A DNA stretch of 64,000 nt, from positions 1,240,001 through 1,304,000 of the forward strand of contig OZ237736.1 in assembly GCA_965178125.1 (NCBI GenBank), in the 5' to 3' direction. Position 1 is the stretch's first letter. Every line of letters starts with the position of its first letter. The position numbers and the translations under genes are program-made. A model generated the notes under the pieces. That model saw only the letters and a list, made by a program, of their open reading frames with translations, was not told where the DNA came from and searched no databases. Origin of the DNA: Bilabrum cf. latius (taxonomy: Eukaryota). Below, piece after piece: positions 37,405 to 49,539 of this stretch.

Positions 37405-39772
37405 ATGTCCGTGTCAAAGGACATTGTTCCATGCAAAGTTCTTGCTGTTGGCTAGGAAAACTCGTGTTTTGTGTGGAGCTTCGACGGAGAGGCTGTCCAT
37501 CCGACCCCATCACGAACGCTGGAAACCAAATCTGCTGCGTGTGCTGCCTGGAACCACAGCTGTGAGGTGGCCTGTGACAGCTTGTCTCGCTTCCGATATT
37601 TTACTTTAGCCGTACTTTGCCGAGCTATGCAGCTCCTCCTGTCGCAGACAGAGTTGCTGCCACTGGACATACGTCTGGCAAGCTCACACTCGTTGGCGTC
37701 GAGACCGGGAGGAGCTTGGCACCATTCGACCACGGAGAGTCAATTATACATGTGCAATTCAGTAGTTCGAGCAAATATGTTGCTGCTGCCAGTGCCTCTA
37801 AGGTGTCCATTTGGGACCTCAGAACGAAAACGCAGACCCCGACAATGCAGTTGAAGCTGGACCGGGCGCCGCAGAGTCTGTCCTTTGATTCGGCGCAGGA
37901 AAGACTCATGTTGGTGCTCCGGGACGGCTCTGTGGTAGACTGGCCTATATCCGACAAGCCTTCGGCGGCTGGCTCGAGGCAGCTGCGCTTCGGATCACCC
38001 GACACCGACTGCAGGCTGCGCTGCTTGCACTTTCTGGAGACTGCCGACCCGGATCTGGACCACTGTTGCGCATGTGTGCTGTGGAATGGTGACGTGGTCG
38101 TATTGCGCTGCCCGAATTTCCCTGGATCGGAGGAGCCGTGGGACGTGGAGTGGCGCGTCCCTGCGTCAGGCGCGCACTCGGACGCGGACCCCTCCAGCGT
38201 GCGCCTTAGCGTCTCTTCCCCGCCCGAGGGCGGCGGCAAGATGGCAGGCTGCCACGCGTTTGCCTCCTGCGCGGAAGACGGTGTCTTGAACGTGCACAGC
38301 CTTGACCGGCGGCAGCACATGCTGCAGCTGCGGGTGGGTACCCCGCTCACCACTTGCGACTTTTTGCCGGGTGGGCGAATGATCGCGGCAGGTTCCAGCG
38401 ACGGTGAGTCGTATTCTTGTTGCTCCTTTTGCTGCTTGTGCGCATACGCGTTCGCGCACCCACGGCACACGAAGCAGCATCCTGTGCCGCTTTCACGAAC
38501 GTCAGCCCCTTTTGCATCATGCTGCCGCCTGCTAGCAGAATGCACCGTGCGCACCTCGCTGCCGTGCATGTATCCAATCTGTCAACCGCAGGCGTCCTCC
38601 GAATCCTGGATTCCACGTCCCCTGACCCCATCGCCACGGTTCCTCTCTTCCGGGGACCCGTCCGCCAGGTGTTTTGCTCCAGGTCACGCCGGCCCTAGGT
38701 TAAGAGGCAGCCGCCTGCACGTGCCGCAAGCCGAGGAGGAGAAAGCACCCACAGTAACGTTAATTCGGCTGCGGCATCAGGTTCAGAAAAGGTAGCGAGT
38801 TATGGTTCAGGCCTGGCAGCGGAAGGGGCTCCTGATGCTGGTGCCAAGAGCACCCATGTGCAGGAGGCAGACTAGATCGTGTCAGGACCTACGGGGGCTC
38901 GCGCCCCGCAGCCCGCGGACCTTTACCCCCTGCCCGGTGGATCACCCTCAAGGCACGACGACGATCATCGCCATGGGTAGGCTTCAAGCTCAGCGGGGCG
39001 GGCGGACGACTCTTCCCAATCGGAAGAAGCGGGGAGGGAGAGGTAGGGCCCTAGCGGTGGGCTCGCTGGAGCTGCTGCCAGGGTCGGTGATGACACGAGG
39101 CAAGGTGATAGAGCCGGTGATGCGGCGGCGCCGGTGGATTTTCTCCGCTTGCAGCAGATGATGCAGTTGGCAGTCGAGCGAGCGGCCTCCGAGGCGGCAT
39201 AGCGAGTTGCGACCGAGCTGAAATCATCGATTGCAAGCCGCGGAGTAGTTGATTCCGCCGCCGGGGGGTTGGCAGGACGCGAAAACGGTGAATTAGAGCG
39301 GTACGCTGCGGAAGCAGCACGGGCAGCAGAGCGTTTGGAGCGAGCAAATTCGCAAGCCGAGCACCTGCTCAGCAGGCTGCAGGCCGTCACTGCTCGGCTA
39401 GAAACCTCAGCGCGATCGCACGATGTTTCATTTGGGGAACAGATTCAGTCGCTCAAGTCAACGGCAGAGCAGCTGGCGAAGGGTGCGGAGGAGGCCTTGG
39501 AGGGGATGCAGACAGGAGCGGCGGGGGAGCGAGCCGGGGCGGCCAGCGGCGGCGCTGCCGAGGAGGATGCTTCCCCCGTTGCTGGTGCCGCCGAAGTCAA
39601 GGCAGTGCAGGGCAAGGTCGATGACCTGCATGTGGAGCTGCTCCGTCACCAGCACAAGATCACGACACGGCTGGAGGACCTGGAGGGGGCCAGGGCGAGG
39701 GATGCGGAGGAGCTGCGAGCCGAGGTGGCGCGGCTGCGTGAGGAGTGCGTGCGGATGCGAAACATGTACTGA
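37405..39772 (+). CDS. NEDD1: NEDD1/GCP-WD-like gamma-tubulin ring complex targeting protein (N-terminal WD40, C-terminal coiled coil)
   Basis: WD40 repeats (AWNHS, HVQFSSSSKYVAAAS..VSIWDLRT, FASCAEDG, PLTTCDFLPGGRMIAAGSSDG) and C-terminus VDDLHVELLRHQHKI...LRAEVARLREECVRMRNMY, which resembles the NEDD1 terminal helix. Introns ~37562-37647 and ~38404-38591; 6 TAGs; TGA stop. Confidence 0.75.
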
Positions 39773-39922
39773 GTGGCGAATCTAGCTTGTTGTAAGGTAT
39801 CGATGCTTCTAGTCGAAGCTTTCTGACCTCAAACTACCTGAGTGTTTCGTGCCAGCCTGAGTGGTTGCGTGGCAAATCTGGTATTTGAATTCATGATGGA
39901 CATTCCTTGCCAGATTCGTGCC

Positions 39923-42195
39923 ATGCCAAGAGAAATTATTACACTCTAGGTTGGCCAATGCGGTAATTAGAGTGAGTAAATTGCTGCCAGCGGCTGTCAG
40001 TCCGTGTGGCATCGTAGTCGCCGCATGAATTGAGATCGTCTAGCAGTTGCATTTGAATGATTTGTATCATTGGCCCGTGTGGCCACCGCGTAGCGACGTA
40101 TCGGCTGTGCAGTCGCAAACTTTATGTTTCGTATACATTAGTGCCAATGAGAACCGCGCAGTCGGACAGGAATTCTGGAAATAGCTGTGCCTGGAGCACG
40201 GGATCGGAGCGGATGGCATTCTAGAAGAGTTTGCTACGAAAGGAACAGATAGAAAGGATGTTTTTTTCTATTAGGTGAATGAAAAATTAACTGTAGTATT
40301 ATCTGCCCGCGTTCGCAAGCGCATCAATCTCCTCGTAAATTCGTGTCCCAGGTGCGCCCATCGAGCAACGCAGGCCGACGATGAGCATTTCATCCCCAGA
40401 GCGCTACTGCTGGACCTGGAACCCAGAGTAATCAACGGAATCAAGACTTCTTCGCATAAAGCCTTATATAACCCCGAGAATTTCTATGTGTCAACTGATG
40501 GTGGTGGAGCTGGAAACAACTGGGCGAGCGGATACCACCAGGGGAGCACGTGCCACGACACAATCATGGACATGATTGACAGGGAAGCCGACGGGTCGGA
40601 TAGTTTGGAAGGCTTCGTGTTGTCTCATTCTATCGCTGGCGGCACGGGCTCTGGGATGGGCTCTTACCTGCTGGAGCAGCTGAACGACCACTTCCCCAAG
40701 AAGCTCATCCAGACCTACAGCGTGTTTCCCTACCAGTCCAAGGACCACTCAGACGTGGTGGTGCAGCCGTACAACAGCATCCTCACGCTCAAGCGCCTTA
40801 CTCTCAATGCCGACGCGGTGGTCGTGCTGGACAACACGGCCCTGACCGCCATCGCGGTGGACCGGCTGAGGCTGACCAACCCCACGGTGGGGCAGCTCAA
40901 CTCGCTCGTGTCCACCGTCATGGCGGCCTCCACGACCACCCTTCGATACCCTGGATACATGAACAACGACCTCGTGTCCCTGATTGCCTCCCTAGTGCCC
41001 ACACCGAGGTGCCACTTTCTCATGACGGGATACACACCGCTCACGGTTGAGCATGCAGTGAGTAACACTGCTTTTCCTTGCTGTCCACACGGCGGTGGGG
41101 CTGCCCACGCCCTTCGATTGCTGTTAAACGGGCATTTGCGAGCGATTCAAGCGTGGCTGGTCTCCCAGCCCCTGTTCTTGCCCTTCCTTTTCTATATTCC
41201 GCGCACCGCAGACATCGGCAGTTCAGAAGACTACCGTGCTGGACGTAATGCGGCGCCTGCTGCAGACCAAGAACGTCATGGTCAGCGCTCCCATGAAGAG
41301 AGGCAGGTACATCTCCATCCTAAACATCGTGCAGGGCAGCGTGGACCCCACGCAGGTGCACCGCTCCCTGCAGAGGATCAGAGAGAGGAAGCTGGCACGG
41401 TTCATCGAGTGGGGGCCCGCCTCCATACAGGTGGCACTCTCCAGGAAGTCGCCCTACCTCCCGTCCGCGCACAAGGTCAGCGGGCTCATGGTTGCCAACC
41501 ACACCTCTGTGGCACACCTGTTCCGCCGCTCCCTCAAGCAGTTCGATAGCCTCTACACGAGGAAGGCGTACCTTGACAACTACAGGCGGCAGCCCATCTT
41601 TGCCGATGGCTACGAGGAGTTCGACGACGCGAGGGAGATCGTGCAGGCGCTGGCCGATGAGTACCGCGCGGCGGAGACGCCGGACTACGTGGAGTGGGCG
41701 GCGGGCGGCGGTCGAGCGGACGGACTCGACGCGGCGGCCGCGGCGGCTGGGTCCGGGGCTGCGGCGGGTGGGGCGGCCGCAGGGAGCGAGGCGGGGGCCG
41801 GTGCGCGGTTGGGTTCAGCCTCTGGGCCTAGTGCCTTGAGGGCGGGGGACTCGAGCAGGCGCGAATCCGGCGGAGGCAGTGGAGCTGGGCTTGGGCGCAG
41901 TTCGGGTGAGGGTGCCTATAGAGCGGACGCTCGTATGCCGAGGGGGTCGGGCGCAGAGTCGGGGGAGTCGTTTGACGGCAGGAAGAAGGCGGCTGTGGCG
42001 GGCTCGTCGTCGTCTCGGGCGGGTGACGAGAGGCCTGGCTTTGGCGGCGACGACGATTTTGCAAGGGCGGAGCGGGAGGCAGGGTACGGCGTGGGCGAGT
42101 ACAGTGACGGGTACGGAGGAGCTGCGACTGGGGGCGCGTCGGCCGGGGGCAGCAGTGCCGCCTACACCGGTGACGTGGGAGAGTTTGAGAGCTGA
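39923..42195 (+). CDS. TUBG1: Gamma-tubulin with Gly/Ala-rich C-terminal extension
   Basis: [28 protein letters not shown]...[73 protein letters not shown]. Introns 39972-40161, 40275-40373 and 41058-41211; TGA stop. Confidence 0.97.
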
Positions 42196-42383
42196 TTGAT
42201 TCGATTACTGGTGACCGCTCCAAGCTCTGACTTGTTGAAAGAGGCTTTTGTCAACCGTGCACTCCTGCAGTTCAAAGGCAGCTGTAATAAGCTAGCCACA
42301 CGATCTGTCCAATGGGTCCTGTCTTCCCTGAACCGAACCGAATCAGTCCAACGATCAAAGAGCCGATCCCCAGCAAGCCCATC

Positions 42384-45300
42384 TCACAGGTTGTTTACGC
42401 TCCACACGGACGTCGTCCGCAGCACGTCGTCGGCAGCCACTGGCTCCCACGGGTAGAAAACCATAGACCGCTTGCCCTCAGTGACAAACATGGCGTTGTC
42501 GCTCCAACGGCCCGCGAACGGAGTTTCAAGCCACACAGATGCAGCAGGATAGCTAGCGGACAGCTCGAACTGGATCGGCTCGAACTGCGACTCGATGGGG
42601 CCCGCCGCCACCACTCGCTCGGCACCGCCGGCCCGCCGCAGCAAGAGCCCCGGCTGCTGAAGAGGCATGTCGCCAAAGTGCAGCGCCAGCACCTGGGATC
42701 GGACGGGTGTTAGCGCCTGGCTGCTGCCGCTCTCCAGGTAGATCTGCAGGAAGCAAGCCTTCACCTGGCTGCCCTCGACGCCCCGCACCAGCGCTGGATC
42801 CGCCTAGTAGGACCCGGTCGCGTTGAAACCACCCCCTCCCTGGCTAGGGGGCCTGCACTTGTCTTCGATCATGTCTCTCGTCGCCGCCTTTCCGCTCTGC
42901 CCCGGGAACAGAAGGGACTAGCTCACGTCGCAGCCCGGCGCCAGGCGTGCAATCTCCTCGAACGTCGTGTTGAGCGCGGGCTTCGGGGTGGAGCTCTGCG
43001 GCCCGAGCTGGATGGGAGCGCGTAGGACGTGCCTGGGCCCCTTGGTGATTGGGTCCTCCCACGCCCATACCTCGACTCGCACATGGCTGCCCGTCGGCAG
43101 GGCCGCCGTGGCGTCGTTGGATGCGTACACGTCCACGGTTCCTTCGGCAAAGTCCACCACAGGCACCGCCGTCACGGGAGCAAAGAAGTCTTGCGCGAGG
43201 TAGTGCTGCACCTTCCACCTGCCAGTGACCGTGCTGGTGCCGTACTCGAGCGATGCCCACGAAGCGATCGGCGTCTCGTCGTTCAGCTGCCAGTACATGG
43301 CACCGTGCGTCAGCCCGTATCCCTGCGGCTGGTCCAGGCGGGAACGATACCTGCGCATCTGCTCCGACCCGGCTCGCACGCACTGGCCCTGCATGAGCTG
43401 CGTAAGCCAGAGGCTTCGCCGGAAGTTCTCCGTCTGGTTGGAGGAGTCGGTCGGCCAGTTCCAGTGATACTCGACCTGCTGCTGCATCGTGACGACGCCG
43501 TTGGTGTGGTGATCCTTGTGCTTCATCATGGTGCTGTTGATGCTTACCGTGTCGTTTGGAAGCACCGTCTTCATACTCAGGTAAGACGGGAAGGAGAAGT
43601 CGCCAAACTCGGTCATGTGCCTTGGGATGGGATAGGGAGCCACCCAGCAGTCGATGGCCTTGGGTGCGTCCCAGTAGTTGCTGTAGTGCGTGCTGCGGGA
43701 GGAGAGAGAACAGGAGGAAAGAGCATAGCAAATGATGCGTGGAGCTGCTTGCAAACACGCGGACGACTGCAATACTTGCCGCAGCGAAACTCGCAGCACT
43801 GAAGAACTCACTCTCCCAGCGTCCAGTTGCACGGATTGTCCGCAACCCACCCGTCCTGCTCGGTACCGATTCCATTGGTCGGGCTAGAGGGCAGGAACTG
43901 CCTGGTAGAATCCACCTCTAGCATGCTAGCGCGGATCGAGTCGATATCCAGCTTGACGTAGTCGCTGTAATACTGCTGGTAGCTAGCCGGAGACGGCGCA
44001 CCGACCTGGTCGCTGCCACTGGATATCGAGCTGTGGTTCTTCTTGCGAGCTAGCGATTCCTCGTCCTCGTTGTTGCCGACTCCTATGGCAAAAGAAGGGT
44101 GCGGCGACAGTCGCCTGACCTGCTGCTTGACCTCCTCAACCACACTCGACAGAAACTCCTCGTCTGAGGGGTACAGCGCATCGCCGAACTGAAATTCCTG
44201 GAAGAGGACGAGCCCCTCTTTATCTGCAGCATCGTAGAAGAAGTCGTGCTCGTAGATTCCCCCGCCCCACACGCGCACCATGACCATGTGTGCCTGCGCG
44301 GCGCTGGCCAGCAGCCCCCTCACGTTGGTCTCGGTCACCCTCGGTTGCAGCGCATCCGAGGGCACCCAGTTCGCCCCCTTCGTGAAGAGATCCACCCCGT
44401 TGCACCGAAAGAAAAACGTGTAGCCGGGAGCATCCGGGATGGGGTTTTGCACCAGCTCGAGGGTGCGGAAGCCGGTGGTAACGGTGGCCTGGGAGGTGCT
44501 GACCAGGCCGGAATCATCCCCCACGGCGCCAGCCCCTGCCGTCGCCTCTGACGCCTCTGACGAAGAAGAGGATGAAGCAAACGATGCTGTCATGTTGTAG
44601 AGGGTGCGCGTCCCGTATCCGTTGGGCCACCAGAGCTCGGCGGCGCCGGCTGGTACCGGCACCAAGACCGTGACAGCCGACTCGCCTTCGGGAAGATGCA
44701 CCTGCACCGAGGCGCTCGGAACCGCTTGCGGGCTCGGCTCTTCTGCGCGCCGCGAGTCGCGTTTCATCATGCACGAAGGCGAGAAGGTCTGTCTCAGCAC
44801 TCGGTCGTGACTCATCGGATGGGCACGAGCGCCGGGTTCAGGATGATGATGATCGATTCCGTCGCAGTGGACAAAGGCGGGCTGGCCCAGGTCGATCGAG
44901 ACGCGCACGGTCCCCGAAGCACCTCCCGGTGGCGCGCGCAGCATCACCGTGGCATTGATCTGCCAATCCGATTGGAACCGCAGCCAATGAGCGTGCTCGT
45001 ACGCGCGATTGGCTGCCTCTTGCACTTCATGCCTGACAGAGTCGCCGCTGCCCGTCGCAAGTGCGTAGCTCACGGGCATCGGATCCCGGATGGGAGGCTG
45101 CTGCACTGCGTTTCTCGCCTATGCAGGCGCTGGGATACCACCAAGCCTCGTGATGACCGCGTCGTTCGCAGGGATGGCGACAACGTAAGCTCCCTGCCAG
45201 ACGCCCACGTCCGCAAAGGCGATGCCCCAGTCCCACCCCGCAGAGCACTGTTCCGTGCGGACAAACTGGATGTGATTGTATCCTTGCTCGGCAGGGGCTC

Positions 45301-45808
45301 GCTCTGCTGGCGGCACGAGGTATGGATACTTTCCTTGCCGACGCGCTGCAACATCCACCGTGGAATCAAAGGCGATCTCAAGCTTGTTTCCTGTCGGCTG
45401 CAGGACGCTTGTTGCGTCATACTCGTGCCTCTGAAACATGTTATCTACCGATCCCATCAATCTACCGTTCAAAGTCACGTTAGCTACGGTCTAAAGACCA
45501 TCGAAGCGCAGATACAGCGAGTTGCCGTTCGAGGCTTGGGGGACGTCAAACGTCGTGGAGTACGTCCAGAGCTCGTGCACCACCCAGCGCTAGATCTGAT
45601 CATTGTATCCGTAATCGGGGTATCCAATTAGACCGCATGCTAACAAGTCAGTGTGCACGCCACCGGGCACGGAGCCAGCACATTGCACGGATCCATTCGA
45701 GTTGGTGAGTGCCCATTCCTGCGATCCCAAGTCAAGCACAACATTGCACAAGCCGCTGGCAGATACAACGGCAAGTAGTGCCGCAATCCTTTGGGGGGTC
45801 GGCGCCAT
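42384..45808 (-). CDS. MANBA: Beta-mannosidase (glycoside hydrolase family 2), secreted/lysosomal
   Basis: Signal-like N-terminus, VPGGVHTDL, DNMFQ, RTEQCSAGWDWG, FTKGANWVPSDA, MVRVWGGGIYE, GNNEDE, TEFG, MYWQLND..ASWASLEY. Intron 43693-43811; TAGs at 45590, 45491, 45119, 42918 and ~42804; TGA stop. Confidence 0.92.
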
Positions 45809-46126
45809 CTCAAGTGCGCCTTGTGAGTGTATCTGCTGGCGGGTGTGTGGCTGCCGGAGATGCCGATGACGCGCACCCAGTAGTGAATCGCTCGCTCGGT
45901 GGCACCCCCGGGAATGCAACTACCGCCCGGAGAGGAAAAATAAAAATTACAAGAATCATCGATGAAGAGCGACACGCACATGATCGCAAGAGTAGCCAGT
46001 AACGGACGCACCTCAGGGTAGGCACCACGACGGGCCCGGCACTTGCACAGCCGACCCACCTCTAGGGCACCACGGTGTGGCCCTGGGCGGCATCACAGAA
46101 CAACCCGCACACCCCTGTTGGCTGCC

Positions 46127-48152
<2,026 letters not shown>

Positions 48153-48351
48153 TATGTGTGGTGTAAACTTTTGCTCGAAAAATCAGCCTGCGCAGCCGGT
48201 TTTGCAGTGATAAAGAGTGGGACGAAAGCCACAAATCGAGGTTGCGCAAAAATGCGCGGCGTGGTCGCCATGGACTCGATCGTGTTGATCGCAAATGCGG
48301 GACCTAGTATCTAGCAAAGCTAGGTAGTCTATGCTGCATACCATAACGGAA

Positions 48352-48911
48352 CTGGGCCCGTACCACGCGCAGCTGCAGCAGATGATCCTGCAGCGGGCCG
48401 TGGTGACGTACTTCGAGCCGTACAGCGCGGTCGACCTATCCAAGATGGCCGACCTGTTCGGGGTCAGCGCCGACGTGCTGGAGGACGCTTGCGTGCAGCT
48501 GATTGGGAACCGGAGGCTCGCGACCAGGATTGATGCTCACACCAAGACGCTTAAGGCGACGGTTGCCGACCAGCGAGCGAGCACCTATGAGGAGGCCGAG
48601 TCGGCTGCCGACGGACGCTGAAGCACCTGCGCGCGGTGCTGGTGCGAGCCTCCTGCGAGGTGCATGGCTTCGCAGTGGAGGCGCCCACTGGAAGGGGCAG
48701 GCGGCTGCCGCATGGCATGGACGGAGGGGAGGAGGACATGATGGACGAGCAGGATGCGATGGACGGAGGCATGGGCATGGGCATGGGGATGGGTGGCGGG
48801 GCCATGGGCGGAATTGGCTCAATATTTGGGAGCATGCTCAGTTGATCCCACACACAAGGCTGCGCGATTTCCGTCTGCCTCCACCACCTTTGCAATGCAC
48901 CTGTCCAGCGG
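48352..48911 (+). pseudogene. Inverted, 5'-truncated and frameshifted duplicate of the CSN1 last exon and 3' UTR
   Basis: Reverse complement of ~52074-52658. A 1-nt loss near 48615 (gccgacggacgctg vs gccgatgagacgctg) splits ORFs 48331 and 48636; the MG repeat is shorter. Confidence 0.9.
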
Positions 48912-49031
48912 TGGAGCATGCGCGAGTTGCAGTTGCGGCTCCGATCCCCCCAGAGCAGCATTGTGGTGATTCGCATTCTGACCGGGGAAATGAATACGTA
49001 CGCATGCGCCAGAGGATGTGCGGGTTCTCAT

Positions 49032-49349
49032 TTATGCGGATTTGTACACAAGCACCGCCTTGTCTTCCAAGTAAAAAAAGCACATCCTCCTGGACTCGTG
49101 CGTGACGTGACTGCCAAAATTCTTGCCGACAATCACGTGCCAGAACGGGCCCCACGTGTCATCGAAACGCTTCTTGATGGCAGCGACTGCCTTGTCCCCG
49201 TCTTCCTACCAGTTGTCGATGGCGGCGATGCTATCGCGGCTCGTTTCGATGGCCATTCGAAGCATGTCATCCGGCATGTCCGCGGGTATCTGCACCTTGG
49301 CCCCCCACATCATTTTCCATGTTTCCTGCGCCTCTCCGTCATCCGCCAT
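49032..49349 (-). CDS. Dynein light chain, LC8 family (probably axonemal type), 105 aa
   Basis: MADDGEAQETWKMMWGAKVQIPADMPDDMLRMAI..IDNW[TAG]EDGDKAVAAIKKRFDDTWGPFWHVIVGKNFGSHVTHESRRMCFFYLEDKAVLVYKSA-TAA. Confidence 0.92.
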
Positions 49350-49539
49350 TGCTTCAGCGCAGATGCTAGGGGCGAGCGCCGGTGCAACGGAATTTTGCCG
49401 TGGTTTCGCTCGCAACAAACCCAGATGCTATTGCGGAACCAAGATTGCGCGGCGAAAACCATTTCTAGCACTGTATAAACGCGAATCTGCGCCACCCATT
49501 CTCAAGCATTTCAAGCAACCTAAGACAAACCTAGCTAAT

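Noticed and set aside
39923-40274. TAG as Trp (A-to-I editing), pyrrolysine, Leu or Glu
   Set aside because: All four gamma-tubulin TAGs align to conserved Gln, and TAG alternates with CAG in repeats. U-to-C editing cannot be excluded from DNA alone but is less parsimonious.
45491-45493. TAG in beta-mannosidase FDGL*TVA falls where GH2 enzymes usually have Asp (GLDT)
   Set aside because: A single column that can be an ordinary substitution; outweighed by the invariant-Gln evidence, but noted as a discordant site.
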